The notes below the pieces were generated by a model. The model had not been told where the DNA came from, ran no database searches, and was given only the letters and a program-made list of their open reading frames with translations. From a virus: DNA of 64,000 nucleotides. Shown piece after piece: positions 7,708 through 17,995 of this stretch. The DNA lies in the IMG/VR virus record IMGVR_UViG_3300033182_000991, positions 1 through 64,000 of that record. The stretch is one strand, 5' to 3'. A program made the position numbers and the translations under genes. The first letter of the stretch is position 1. The number at the start of each line of letters is the position of its first letter.

Positions 7708-9878
7708 TGAAATTAAACGAAGAACAACTTAAGGATATGATACAAACGAGTTTGCAAAAAGCATTCTCACAAAATTTATCATCGCTTGGTGGTAACGATG
7801 CTATTACTGATAATTTTGTTTCATTGAATAAAGCTAAAAATATGGCTGAAGAAGAGGTGGAAGAAGAAAAAGGTTATTCGCCATTTCTTAAGTCTGATGA
7901 AAACCCAAAAGGTGAAACTGAAGGGTTGACTATTGATGTATTGAATCAAATCCTTATGAAGATTGTTCAGGACGAAGAAGGTGGAGAGACTACTGAAGCG
8001 ACAGGTGCGGGTTCGGCTGGTGGTTATTCTGCACCATTGTTTGTTGAGCCAAAGAAGAATACCATGTTCCAACCAGGTACTGAAGGTAACTTAACTACGA
8101 AGCCTGAGGGTGGTCCTGTTAATGAAGCGGAACTTAGAGATTTTGAAAAGCAAGAATTGATTAGAAAGTTAATGAAAGCTGCGGGTGGACCATCACCGTC
8201 TAAGAGTATCAGAAGAATTCTTGATGACCTTGAAAGAAAACTACAAAAAGGTAAGGCAACTGGTGTTAAGTATGCTCACGGTGTTAGGGTTGATGAACAA
8301 GAGGATGAAACAACACCTGAAGATGTGGATACAAATGATAACCAGTTTGATTTCTTCAAAGGTGAGTATGAACCTGAAACAAAGACGTATGTTGGTTCTT
8401 ATTTGGTAGGTGAAGAGACTCCAAAACAATTGGAAGTTTATAACATCATCGAAAGACCTGATAAAGATGCTTACTTTATGTCGGGACATCAACCTTATTC
8501 AATATCATTAAGAAAGGTGATGTTACCTATTTCTCAGATTGAAGTATTGGGTGATGTGCCAGGTAAAGAAGGTTTCAAATTTATTAGAATGCCGTATTGG
8601 TTCTTTAAGAAAAATCAAAACGATTTAAGGATTAGTAGATTGGATGGTAAGAAGATGTTATACATCATGGGTTACGATAGAAAAGATGAGAATATGTTGA
8701 GGTTGTTTGACCCAATGTTTGAAAAGTATATCGAGTCTATTGTATATGATGAAGACGACCAAAAGAAATACGATATTGCTAAGGACAACTATAAGAGGTT
8801 TAAGATGACACCAATCAATGAAGATGAAATCAAAGGTGGTAAGGCCGATGGTATGGACATTGAAGATGTTGCTGAGATGCATGGTATGAGTGTTGATGAG
8901 ATGTATGATGAATTCTCAAAAGGTGTTCAACATGAAATGGAACATACTTCAGAACCGAGAGTGGCTTTTGAAATTGCTTTGGACCATTTATACGAAGACC
9001 CTGAATACTATACTAAGTTAGAACGTATGGAAATGGGTGGTGAAACAACTGAAGCAACCACATCAGCATCTGCAGGTGTTTACGACGCACCATTTGGAGG
9101 ACCTAAGAAAGACCCATTAAAGTTATCTAACCCTGATACTGTTGATAAGGAGTTAAGGTCTGTAAAAGACAAGAACTTCCCTAAGTTCGGTGGTAAAGGT
9201 GGTAAGTTTGTAAAGATTAAGAAGAAGTGTTCTAAGTTCCCTTACTGTAATCAGGGTGACATCAATGCATTACAAATCTTCGAGAGAGACATTGTTAAGG
9301 AGATGGTTACTAATACTGCTAAGAGAACAAATCTTGAGGAGTATGTTGTAAGAAACATCATCGCAAAGGAATTGGGTTATATTCAGGAACAAGAAGAAGA
9401 CCATGATGAAGAATTTGCAACAATTGAAATTTTGGGTAAAGATGACTTAGGTGATAAGACTGAGTGGATTGATATGATTCCTGATGAGAAGGCTAAGTTC
9501 TTAATCAAAGAATTGAAAGATAAGGAGTTCGAATTTGATTCCAATGGATTATCAGGTAAGGTAAAGATTCTTGATGTAGGTCCAAAGGGTAAGATTGGTG
9601 GATTCTTTGGTGTTGCCAGTGAATATGATTTTAGTGACAGTAAGTATGCTGAGGTATGGGTGGAATTGTCTGACTTGAAATACAAAGGTAAAGACGTTTC
9701 CGTTGAGTTCTATGATATGATATCTCGATACTTACCAACCGAAGATGAAGATTCATATAGAGGTGACCCTATCGAATATGCTATTTTAGGTGGTCTTGAA
9801 CATGTTAATAGAGTAATGAAAAGTTTGGGTCTATACCTTGGTGGTATGAGAATAAATCCATATGCGAGATTTAGATAA
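7707..9878 (+). CDS. large acidic mosaic protein with DUF5661-like module, putative internal head protein
   Basis: KGVQHEMEHT..EIALDHLYEDPEYYTKL module; duplicated GGETTEAT..SAG.Y.AP motif. Confidence 0.65.
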   Translation: MKLNEEQLKDMIQTSLQKAFSQNLSSLGGNDAITDNFVSLNKAKNMAEEEVEEEKGYSPFLKSDENPKGETEGLTIDVLNQILMKIVQDEEGGETTEATGAGSAGGYSAPLFVEPKKNTMFQPGTEGNLTTKPEGGPVNEAELRDFEKQELIRKLMKAAGGPSPSKSIRRILDDLERKLQKGKATGVKYAHGVRVDEQEDETTPEDVDTNDNQFDFFKGEYEPETKTYVGSYLVGEETPKQLEVYNIIERPDKDAYFMSGHQPYSISLRKVMLPISQIEVLGDVPGKEGFKFIRMPYWFFKKNQNDLRISRLDGKKMLYIMGYDRKDENMLRLFDPMFEKYIESIVYDEDDQKKYDIAKDNYKRFKMTPINEDEIKGGKADGMDIEDVAEMHGMSVDEMYDEFSKGVQHEMEHTSEPRVAFEIALDHLYEDPEYYTKLERMEMGGETTEATTSASAGVYDAPFGGPKKDPLKLSNPDTVDKELRSVKDKNFPKFGGKGGKFVKIKKKCSKFPYCNQGDINALQIFERDIVKEMVTNTAKRTNLEEYVVRNIIAKELGYIQEQEEDHDEEFATIEILGKDDLGDKTEWIDMIPDEKAKFLIKELKDKEFEFDSNGLSGKVKILDVGPKGKIGGFFGVASEYDFSDSKYAEVWVELSDLKYKGKDVSVEFYDMISRYLPTEDEDSYRGDPIEYAILGGLEHVNRVMKSLGLYLGGMRINPYARFR

Positions 9879-9908
9879 TTACGTATATTTATTATAAAAA
9901 GAAATATT

Positions 9909-10913
9909 ATGAATATTGAAGAAACTATAAATAAGATTGTCGACAGAGTCCTTAATGAGGAATTGTCGAAGAAAATTGACGACGCTGTTGAAACCATTTC
10001 AGAAGACATGGGTAAAATGCCAGAAGATAGAGACAAGTTTGACGGTCGTGATTCAGAAGTTGTGGGTGTTGATTCTAACATCGAGAAGCAACGTATGGAA
10101 GAAGAAATTGACGAAGAAGAAGTTGAAGAAGGTAATGCTTTCAGTGCCGCAAGAGCTAAGGCGATTGAGAACGGTGAGGACTCATTTGAAGTTGATGGAA
10201 AAACATATCCTGTAACGGATGAAGAAGATGAGGTTAAAAAAGAGTCAACAAAGAACGTTGTTACTTTATCTGAATCAGAAATGATTGAACTTATCCAAAG
10301 ATTAGTTATGGAACAGAAAGAAGCAAAAGGTCTTAAAGACACTGAGAAAACATTGAAAGATTCAAAGAAGGTTAACGACGAAGCGATGAAGGAAGTTAAC
10401 AAGAAAATGAAAGACTATGTTAAGGCAGGTTCTGAAGAAGCATACACTCCTGATGCTGAACACTTCCCACAAGGTAACGGTGAATTAGGTGAAACTGAAA
10501 AGATGGCTTATACACCATCAAAACAGGTTGAAGAATTTATTGAGTTCATTTCAAGAACTGCAGGTCAAGAAGATTTAGGTTATGACCAAATCAAACCTGA
10601 TGAGGATTGGTTAGAGATGAATATCATGGGTAGTTCAAAGACAGGTAACAGTCAGGAATATGCAAATGCAGTTCCAACTGATGTTAACAAAAAGATTAAC
10701 GTAAAGAGAAAGAAACAAGAGTTGAACAAGTTGAAGGATATGGCGTATAACAAAGCACCTCAACCTGTTTATGACTTTGCAGGTAATAAGACACATAATG
10801 ATAGTTTTGCGGGTTTACAAACTGCATCGATTGATGAGAAAAAAGGTGAAAAAATTAACGAAGACATTGACAGAATGAAATCGTTGTTGGGACACAAGTA
10901 CAAAACACAATAA
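9909..10913 (+). CDS. acidic hypothetical protein, putative virion
   Basis: TATTTAT upstream; LNEE, LSESEM, INED motifs. Confidence 0.65.
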   Translation: MNIEETINKIVDRVLNEELSKKIDDAVETISEDMGKMPEDRDKFDGRDSEVVGVDSNIEKQRMEEEIDEEEVEEGNAFSAARAKAIENGEDSFEVDGKTYPVTDEEDEVKKESTKNVVTLSESEMIELIQRLVMEQKEAKGLKDTEKTLKDSKKVNDEAMKEVNKKMKDYVKAGSEEAYTPDAEHFPQGNGELGETEKMAYTPSKQVEEFIEFISRTAGQEDLGYDQIKPDEDWLEMNIMGSSKTGNSQEYANAVPTDVNKKINVKRKKQELNKLKDMAYNKAPQPVYDFAGNKTHNDSFAGLQTASIDEKKGEKINEDIDRMKSLLGHKYKTQ

Positions 10914-10956
10914 ACTTTAATATTTCTTTTATAAAGGTCCATCTTATCTTTCAAGT

Positions 10957-11439
10957 ATGAAAGAAGGGATGGACTTTTTTTTTAATTGGATTTCAAAACC
11001 TATGAATAAATCAGATGTTGATTTATGGTTTCGCGCACATAATATTCAGAGAGAATATTCGGAACTATTTGAGGACTATTGTTTTTCATTGATATACTTA
11101 ATTCAGGACACTTATCTCGGTGACAGCCATGGTGAGAGTAGGGAAACTAAAATATCGTTGAATGACGAGGATAAAAAAGGTCATTTCCAATGGTGTTGGA
11201 ATACGGTCATATCTAACTTTGAGAAAGAGAATATAAAATTCTCATTCAAAAACGATGATTACGATTACTTTGAAAGTTTCTTATTTGAAGTGTATTACGA
11301 CCAACCAGATGTAGAAATAAGAGAATCTATCGCACCCTTCTTGACTCAGTTGTTTGATATGAACAGAACTTTTACAAAGTCAGATTTGGAGATGTATACA
11401 GATATGTATAAGGTGTTGGAAAGGTCACTCGTTAATTAA
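10957..11439 (+). CDS. hypothetical protein
   Basis: 160-aa ORF. Confidence 0.7.
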   Translation: MKEGMDFFFNWISKPMNKSDVDLWFRAHNIQREYSELFEDYCFSLIYLIQDTYLGDSHGESRETKISLNDEDKKGHFQWCWNTVISNFEKENIKFSFKNDDYDYFESFLFEVYYDQPDVEIRESIAPFLTQLFDMNRTFTKSDLEMYTDMYKVLERSLVN

Positions 11440-11515
11440 TTTTTCCTTTATGGCTTTACAATAAACCCAGAAAAATTACTTTTTGTGTAATAAATTTTAT
11501 TAAAACTAAATTGAA

Positions 11516-11689
11516 ATGGAAACATTAGAAAACATCAAATCATTGGTTGAGGCTTTATCAGTAGATACTACAAAGTTCTACGCAGGAAATAAGTCAGCAG
11601 GAACAAGAGCAAGAAAAACTGCACAGGAATTGAAGGCATTACTTCAAGATTTGAGAAGTGAAGTCCTTGAGCACAAAAAAACACTATAA
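11516..11689 (+). CDS. histone H1-like (Hc1-type) small basic protein, not in ORF track
   Basis: METLENIKSLVEALSVDTTKFYAGNKSAGTRARKTAQELKALLQDLR..; GNK.AGTRARK is the Hc1-like signature. Confidence 0.8.
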   Translation: METLENIKSLVEALSVDTTKFYAGNKSAGTRARKTAQELKALLQDLRSEVLEHKKTL

Positions 11690-11886
11690 TGTATAACGAG
11701 ATAGTATCAAATATAACATTATTTATTTTTGTGTTCTCGGCTTTGGCGATGGTCAGATTGGGAGTGAACTTTGTTAGCTCATTACTTTCTGACCCTCCAA
11801 AACCTCTAAACTTAACAATACGTGAGATAATCGTTAGTGGGTTATTTTTAACGTATATTATTACATACATCATTACGTTACTATGA
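11689..11886 (+). CDS. small two-TM membrane protein
   Basis: Two hydrophobic segments; coupled start. Confidence 0.65.
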   Translation: MYNEIVSNITLFIFVFSALAMVRLGVNFVSSLLSDPPKPLNLTIREIIVSGLFLTYIITYIITLL

Positions 11887-12368
11887 TTTTTTCAACATTC
11901 ACAGAACAAACTAAAGGTTACTTAAAATCTATGAGGGTATTGAAAGACTATGTGTCTTTTGATATCTACATCAAATCTTCGTGGTCAATTCCAAAGAGAT
12001 TGGTAAAAGATATTGAAGTATTACCACAAGATTCATCAGAAAGACCAGACCAAAAATTATATGCGTTTGTGGTTAAGAATGAGTCGTCTCTTGTTGATGG
12101 TTTGGAAACTGCGGTAAAAGGAATCTTTGACTATAACTTGGAAAGAGAAGAAAAAGAAAAGTTATTCAAAGATAAGATTCAGGAGTTGAAGAGTATGTTT
12201 GAATCTAAGGATGTTAGCTCACTTAAGAGATTATACTTTGAGATTGATGAGAACACTACTTTGGATTTAGAAGAAAAATTAGAAGAAGATGGACAAACAG
12301 ACGGAGAATCTGATGACGTGGTTCAAGAGCGAGAAGCTGAAGGACAGTCAAGAGGAGAAGAAGTCTAA
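11883..12368 (+). CDS. hypothetical protein
   Basis: 161-aa ORF, ATGA overlap. Confidence 0.7.
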   Translation: MIFSTFTEQTKGYLKSMRVLKDYVSFDIYIKSSWSIPKRLVKDIEVLPQDSSERPDQKLYAFVVKNESSLVDGLETAVKGIFDYNLEREEKEKLFKDKIQELKSMFESKDVSSLKRLYFEIDENTTLDLEEKLEEDGQTDGESDDVVQEREAEGQSRGEEV

Positions 12369-12486
12369 GATAGACTTCATCAAAGAAATTAAGAAGGTTG
12401 AGCCTGACCAAATCAAAAATACTCCAGTGGTGGAGAAAAAGTACACGCTATGGCAGAGACTGAAACAAACTTTAGGGATGAACTAA
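12289..12486 (+). CDS. hypothetical protein
   Basis: 65 aa, overlaps neighbours in operon. Confidence 0.55.
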   Translation: MDKQTENLMTWFKSEKLKDSQEEKKSKIDFIKEIKKVEPDQIKNTPVVEKKYTLWQRLKQTLGMN

Positions 12487-12677
12487 GAAAATTGGCTGAG
12501 GTTTCTGAAATCTTGGACAATTCAATATTCCATAAAGGTAAAGTTTCTGTGATAGTAGAATTGGAACCGGTTGAATATAATAATGTGGTGGGGTTACTAA
12601 GTCCTCGTGATTTGAAATCTAATCAAGTTATTATAGATATTTCGGGTATTGAGTTTACTCTCGTTTTGAGTAAGTAG
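12450..12677 (+). CDS. hypothetical protein
   Basis: 75 aa. Confidence 0.55.
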   Translation: MAETETNFRDELRKLAEVSEILDNSIFHKGKVSVIVELEPVEYNNVVGLLSPRDLKSNQVIIDISGIEFTLVLSK

Positions 12678-13299
12678 TGTGTTGACGATAAAGTTTCTTT
12701 CTATCAAAACCGTTTCTTTCAAGCACATCGTATAACCACTTACGTTGGGTCGTAGATATGTCACGAACAAAGATGGCATCTTTACGACCCTTTTTTATGA
12801 AGTAGTTTTCCATGGTCTTAAGTGCTCGTTGAGCATCATCAATATTCTTTAATGAGAATAGTTTGAAGTCTTCTTCAATCTGTATGACAATTTTATTATT
12901 GAGGGTGGAGATACTTTTCATCTCTTTGATTGGGCAGTAGTCATAGATGAGTTTTTGCATATCAATCTTTGAATCAGTTTGCCAATCGTATATCTTTTCC
13001 TCCAACTGATACGGTTCAATATCTATAAAGGTATAATGACTATTCCCTTCAAGAAACACTTTTTCATTTCTACCAAATTCATCGGTATAGAACAGGGGTA
13101 GTTGAAAATCACGTTGTGTGGTTAGAAGACCCAACTCATGAACACAATACTCGGCGTTCTCATATTCCACAGGAAAAAGAACCTCATTTTCTTTGAGTAA
13201 TGTTTTGAATTTTTTACGAGCGTTACTTTCTGTTGCGTAACCTTTGATTATTCGTCTCTTTTTCTTATTCTTAAACAATACAATTATATAGTTGTCCAT
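12655..13299 (-). CDS. hypothetical protein
   Basis: 214-aa ORF with natural composition. Confidence 0.7.
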   Translation of the reverse strand: MDNYIIVLFKNKKKRRIIKGYATESNARKKFKTLLKENEVLFPVEYENAEYCVHELGLLTTQRDFQLPLFYTDEFGRNEKVFLEGNSHYTFIDIEPYQLEEKIYDWQTDSKIDMQKLIYDYCPIKEMKSISTLNNKIVIQIEEDFKLFSLKNIDDAQRALKTMENYFIKKGRKDAIFVRDISTTQRKWLYDVLERNGFDRKKLYRQHTTYSKRE

Positions 13300-14248
13300 G
13301 AAAGATTATTATAAGATTTTAGGTGTCTCACGTGATGCGTCAGCCGACGAAATCAAGAAAGCATATAGGAAATTAAGTAAACAATATCACCCAGATGTAA
13401 ACCCTGACGGTGGTGATAAGTTCAAAGAGATAGGTGAGGCATACGGTGTTTTGAGTGATGAGACGAAAAGACGGCAGTATGATAACCCAAATCCATTTGG
13501 TGGAGGGGGAGGTTCTATGGAGGACTTCTTCAATATGTTCAATCAACAGGCTCAACAACAACAGAGACGTAAACCAAAAGCACCTGATAAAATTCTTAAT
13601 GTAGATATTAATCCAATAGAATCTTATAATGGTGTCGAGCGTGAATTGAGTTATCAGGTAAGAACGAGTTGTGATGGTTGTAACGGTACTGGTGGGGACC
13701 GTGAGGTGTGTAACACATGTCAGGGTCACGGTAGAGTCAGACAAAGATTCGGTTCTGGTATGTTTGCTCAGGTGGTTGAATCTGACTGTCCTCAATGTAG
13801 GGGTGAAGGATATAATATAATTAATCCTTGTCATAGTTGTGGAGGACAGAGGATAAAAAACTCGTTCACCAACGTTAGGGTAAATATCCCAAAAAATGTT
13901 GATAGTGGTGATTTCTTAAGGCTGCAAGGTAAGGGTGACTATTACCCTAATAGAGGTATTGGTGATTTAATCTTAAAAGTTAATATGGTTAAGGGTGAGG
14001 GTTTTGAAAAAATCAACAATGACCTGGTTTATTCTCATAAAGTAAATGTAAAAGACTTTATGAGTATGGATTCGATTCAGGTACCACACCCTGATTCAAA
14101 AATTAATATCCCTTTACCTGAAGTTCTTGATACGGAAAAACCGTTAAGAGTTCGAGGAAAGGGATATAGTATTCAGGGTTCCACTGGTGACCTGTTCATT
14201 AAGTTGAGTGTAACTCGTGATGAGGTTTTAGAAGTAACTGGCGACTAA
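13298..14248 (+). CDS. dnaJ: DnaJ/Hsp40 co-chaperone
   Basis: J domain [12 protein letters not shown]; CxxCxGxG zinc-finger repeats; C-terminal substrate domain. Confidence 0.93.
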   Translation: MKDYYKILGVSRDASADEIKKAYRKLSKQYHPDVNPDGGDKFKEIGEAYGVLSDETKRRQYDNPNPFGGGGGSMEDFFNMFNQQAQQQQRRKPKAPDKILNVDINPIESYNGVERELSYQVRTSCDGCNGTGGDREVCNTCQGHGRVRQRFGSGMFAQVVESDCPQCRGEGYNIINPCHSCGGQRIKNSFTNVRVNIPKNVDSGDFLRLQGKGDYYPNRGIGDLILKVNMVKGEGFEKINNDLVYSHKVNVKDFMSMDSIQVPHPDSKINIPLPEVLDTEKPLRVRGKGYSIQGSTGDLFIKLSVTRDEVLEVTGD

Positions 14249-14368
14249 TTCGTAGAGTTTGATTGTACCATATACTGATGCTATTAAAATATAGATAGAT
14301 AAAACCAACATACCTTTTTGTATACCGTTTAGATTCTCTTTACACTGTGAACATTCTTTCTCTGCCAT
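14228..14368 (-). CDS. small membrane protein with CxxC (46 aa), not in ORF track
   Basis: [46 protein letters not shown]. Confidence 0.55.
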   Translation of the reverse strand: MAEKECSQCKENLNGIQKGMLVLSIYILIASVYGTIKLYELVASYF

Positions 14369-14384
14369 AATATATTTATTTTAT

Positions 14385-14543
14385 ATGAAAGATATTATAA
14401 GAAATGTATTAAAGAAGTATATAGATGAGGAGCTCACTGAGAGAAAGATGAGTAAGTCATATTGTGAAAAAACCCTATGTAAGGATATGGGGTTCTCTCA
14501 GAAAGCTTCTTGTCGTCCTTATAAGAACTGTTACTCAAAATAA
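14385..14543 (+). CDS. small Cys-rich protein (52 aa), not in ORF track
   Basis: MKDIIRNVLKKYIDEELTERKMSKSYCEKTLCKDMGFSQKASCRPYKNCYSK*; TATTTAT at 14373. Confidence 0.55.
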   Translation: MKDIIRNVLKKYIDEELTERKMSKSYCEKTLCKDMGFSQKASCRPYKNCYSK

Positions 14544-14869
14544 CGTGTTTGAGCAGCACTAACTCTTTTGTTTTCTTCATAGACCACTTCATGAGTTATT
14601 TGTCCTTCTTTGTTATAGAATTTCCAACGTCCGTCTTTTTTACCCATATTAAAATGAGCAACGACTCTGACTTCACCACTACTAAAATAGGAAATCCATT
14701 CACCGTGGTGTTTCCCTGCTAATATAAACCCTTCTTCAATTTTTGTTCCGTCGTCTGATGTTTTAACATATTCAATGACGTTGTTGTTGTCCCAATCTGT
14801 GAGGGTAACATTTTGACCAAAAGATGATAAACCAAACAAGATGAATAGGGTAGTAAATAACTGTTTCAT
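14531..14869 (-). CDS. secreted MORN-variant repeat (YwqK-like) protein
   Basis: Signal peptide; GKHHGEWISYFSSG, GKKDGRWKFYNKEG repeats. Confidence 0.75.
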   Translation of the reverse strand: MKQLFTTLFILFGLSSFGQNVTLTDWDNNNVIEYVKTSDDGTKIEEGFILAGKHHGEWISYFSSGEVRVVAHFNMGKKDGRWKFYNKEGQITHEVVYEENKRVSAAQTRYFE

Positions 14870-14994
14870 AATACTTTAATTTAATGGTTTATTTACAATA
14901 TCTTAACAATAAATAGTTTGTGAATCAACTATAATCTAATGTTAAAGTAAAACTTAACATTGGATTGTTATATTTATAAGTAAAAATATACACT

Positions 14995-15207
14995 ATGAAA
15001 AAAGTATTAGATTTTATCAAAATGGTTTTTGCGGTATGTAAAAACTGGATTGTATCAAACGGTGTTGAAGGAATTTTAGGTCTATTAGTAGGTTTAGTTC
15101 TTTGGGCTATGGGATACAAGATTTGGGCAGGTTTCTCGTTCGGTGTTTTTGCAACACGTAACTGGGACATCCTAAAGGCCTGGGTTATGTCAAAATTAGG
15201 AAAATAA
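14995..15207 (+). CDS. small membrane protein
   Basis: Hydrophobic core; TATTTAT upstream; terminator downstream. Confidence 0.65.
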   Translation: MKKVLDFIKMVFAVCKNWIVSNGVEGILGLLVGLVLWAMGYKIWAGFSFGVFATRNWDILKAWVMSKLGK

Positions 15208-15210
15208 CCA

Positions 15211-15238
15211 AAAAGACCCCTCTCGGAGGGGTTTTTTC
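15211..15238 (+). terminator. intrinsic terminator
   Basis: gacccct-ctcgg-aggggtt followed by T run. Confidence 0.75.
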
Positions 15239-15295
15239 ATTTTAAGATTTGCCTTTTCCGTTTTTATTTACTATATTTGTGGAAAAGGATTTTTT

Positions 15296-16195
15296 ATGCT
15301 ATCATATATCGGAGGAAAAAGTAGAATTGGAAAGTGGATTGTGGACTATTACCCACAAGATATGGAAACGTATGTGGAGACATTCGGTGGGATGTTTTGG
15401 TGTTTCTACAATATGGATATGCAGAATTTTCCAAACCTTAAACGTATTGTATATAACGACTTTAATCCATTAAACTATAATTTGTTTCAATGTATTCAGA
15501 ACCCAACTGAGTTATTGAAGGCTGTGGAAGCTATTGAGTGTCAACAGAAGGGTGAGTTCCCAACTCCTGCGATTTATCGTTTACAGTTTGAACAATTTCA
15601 GAGTGAAATCTTTGCTGATGGGTTTGAGGTGAACGGTCCTGACTATGAGGTGGCTGCGAAGTATGTGTATATCCTTACTCAGGTCTTCAGTGGTAGTAAA
15701 CCTGAATCGTCTAAGTTCATTGACCTTAAGGGTAAATACAAATCAAAATACTTGACCTTCCGTGATAAGTTGAAGAACGAGAAGTGGTTGAAGAAGTTCT
15801 TGGCTATTACTCACGTTGAGAACATGGACTTTGAGGAGGTTATTAAGAAGTATGACTCACCAACGACATATATCTATTTGGACCCACCATATTGGAAAAC
15901 TGAAAACTATTATTCTAACCATGACTTTGACCGTCACGACCATGAAAGACTTGCTAACGTATTATCAGAAGTTGAGTCTAAGTATTCTTTATCTTATTAT
16001 GATTTTGACCTTTTACACCAGTGGTTCCCAAAGGAGAGTCACGCTTGGGTCACTAAGGACTTCTCCAAGGCTGCGGGTGCAAGTAGTGGAAAGGCTCAAT
16101 CCAAAGGGACGGAACTCTTAATTATGAACTATGAAGTTGAGGGTTTGAGTTCATATAAGGAGGTAGAAAAGGGTCAAATGACTTTGGATATCTAA
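15296..16195 (+). CDS. dam: Dam-like (D12 class) DNA adenine methyltransferase
   Basis: SYIGGKS, YVETFGG, YNDFN, YLDPPY. Confidence 0.88.
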   Translation: MLSYIGGKSRIGKWIVDYYPQDMETYVETFGGMFWCFYNMDMQNFPNLKRIVYNDFNPLNYNLFQCIQNPTELLKAVEAIECQQKGEFPTPAIYRLQFEQFQSEIFADGFEVNGPDYEVAAKYVYILTQVFSGSKPESSKFIDLKGKYKSKYLTFRDKLKNEKWLKKFLAITHVENMDFEEVIKKYDSPTTYIYLDPPYWKTENYYSNHDFDRHDHERLANVLSEVESKYSLSYYDFDLLHQWFPKESHAWVTKDFSKAAGASSGKAQSKGTELLIMNYEVEGLSSYKEVEKGQMTLDI

Positions 16196-16272
16196 AACCT
16201 TTTCTTTATCTTTGTGGTGTTGTAAGACCGAATCTTTTATTTATTTGTATATTTATAAGGAAAACAAACACT

Positions 16273-17625
16273 ATGGCAATTAAGTTTAGTAATTTAGTAA
16301 AGACAGTAATTCTTGAACAAGGTCGTTACGAACTTTTGTTGAAGACTTACACTGAGCCGAAAAAGAAAGGTGAAAAGACAAAACCTGCTCGCATGAGTAA
16401 GGAGGATTTCAACAAGATTATCTCTGCTGACCCTACAACTCGTAAGGACGGTGACGATATCAAAAAGGCTGGTAAGTATGTGAATTGGTTGTTGAAGCAA
16501 TTCCTACAGATTGAGCCTAATATTGAGGCTGACTACGGAACACCAGCATTCAAAGCTGAGAAGACTGAAAAGTTACGTTTGTTTTTTGAAGATTTATATA
16601 AGGTAACTCAGGACTTACAAAAGTTTGAGAGGTTCAAAGGTAAATTGGAGCGTGAGGACCGTGACATTAATAAGTTGAGTATTGATAGACTTAATGATTT
16701 GATGTTACCATATTCTTTGGAGAAGACCAAAGCAACCAAGGACGAAAAAGAAGAGGCAGCTAAAACTTACGACCACCCAGGTGGCGAAGTAATCTTCAGA
16801 GGTTCTAATTGGACTGTGGTAAGAATCAGTGATTCAAGTCAATTAGGTAAGGACGCGGCATGTTTTTACGGTGGTAATGACCAAAAACCTGGTAAGGGTG
16901 AGTCAGGATGGTGTACCTCTTCACCTGGTGGTTCAATGTTTAACCACTACATTAAGAGTGGTCCTTTATATGTTGTTCTTCCAAATGAGGCTGAAGAGTT
17001 TATGTCAGGTGGTCCTAAGGTTGGTCAAGTATCTGGCCTTCCTGCTAAGAGATACCAATTCCACTTCCCATCAAATCAGTTCATGGATGCCAATGACCGT
17101 TCAATTGATTTGATTAACTTCTTATTGGAAAACCCTGAATTGAAAGAGGTGTTCAAACCTGAGTTCGCAAAAGGTATGACATCATTGGACGGTAAGAAAG
17201 TAAACATTGATTACCCGAGAGACGCGGCTTCTAAATATATTGCGTTGTATGGTTTTGATGAGTTGTTCCAAAACTTACCAAACGACATTACATCGTTTGA
17301 CTTCACAAAGAGTACTGGTGGTTATGGATATAGAAGTCAAGATGTTAAAGACTTGGCGATGGATATCCCTGAGCAGTTGGGTAACTACAAAAACCTTATG
17401 GCCGTTCACTTTGAGGGTATTCTTAAATCACTTCCAAAGTCTTTGGGGAAATTGGAGAACCTACAGTTTTTATCAATTCCTAACAATCCTAACTTGAAGA
17501 CAATCCCTGAGGAGATTGCTCAGTTACCAAACTTGAAGGTAATCAACATTCAAGGAAACCCACAACTACAGCTTCCTGAGGCGGTAGAGAAGATGGCAGA
17601 AGAAGGGGTGTTTATCTCAAAATAA
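16273..17625 (+). CDS. putative virion protein with CxYG..WCT domain and C-terminal leucine-rich repeats
   Basis: AACFYGG..GWCTS..GPLYV; LKSLPKSLGKLENLQFLSI, LKTIPEEIAQLPNLKVINI. Confidence 0.7.
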   Translation: MAIKFSNLVKTVILEQGRYELLLKTYTEPKKKGEKTKPARMSKEDFNKIISADPTTRKDGDDIKKAGKYVNWLLKQFLQIEPNIEADYGTPAFKAEKTEKLRLFFEDLYKVTQDLQKFERFKGKLEREDRDINKLSIDRLNDLMLPYSLEKTKATKDEKEEAAKTYDHPGGEVIFRGSNWTVVRISDSSQLGKDAACFYGGNDQKPGKGESGWCTSSPGGSMFNHYIKSGPLYVVLPNEAEEFMSGGPKVGQVSGLPAKRYQFHFPSNQFMDANDRSIDLINFLLENPELKEVFKPEFAKGMTSLDGKKVNIDYPRDAASKYIALYGFDELFQNLPNDITSFDFTKSTGGYGYRSQDVKDLAMDIPEQLGNYKNLMAVHFEGILKSLPKSLGKLENLQFLSIPNNPNLKTIPEEIAQLPNLKVINIQGNPQLQLPEAVEKMAEEGVFISK

Positions 17626-17673
17626 TACTAAATAAGTCAGGACTTTTGTCCTGATTTTTTTTATATTTGAATT

Positions 17674-17958
17674 ATGAATGTAGATGTCCAAATATACGTG
17701 AGTAACTTTGTGAAATTTTTCACTGACAATCCTGAGGAGTTGCAGAAACTCATTGGTATTGCTGAGCCGAATAGTTTCTTTGATGAGGTGGAGAAGGCTG
17801 CCAATGAAAACTATGAAAAGGGTGAGGACATTGAACTCACACAAAAACAAATGATTAATATCATTCTCAAACTCAACCACATGCAACCTGAAGAAGAGGT
17901 CATCAATTTGGTTGAACCATATTTTGAAACTTCTTTCGGTAAAATATTTCTTAATTAA
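17674..17958 (+). CDS. hypothetical protein
   Basis: 94 aa, TATATTTG upstream. Confidence 0.65.
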   Translation: MNVDVQIYVSNFVKFFTDNPEELQKLIGIAEPNSFFDEVEKAANENYEKGEDIELTQKQMINIILKLNHMQPEEEVINLVEPYFETSFGKIFLN

Positions 17959-17995
17959 AAACCTTTCTTATTTTTCTTGAAATAGTTTTTAATTT

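Noticed and set aside
9710-10402. 230-aa Ser-rich minus-strand ORF (also 5169-5636 and similar)
   Set aside because: Antisense shadows of Glu-rich plus-strand genes
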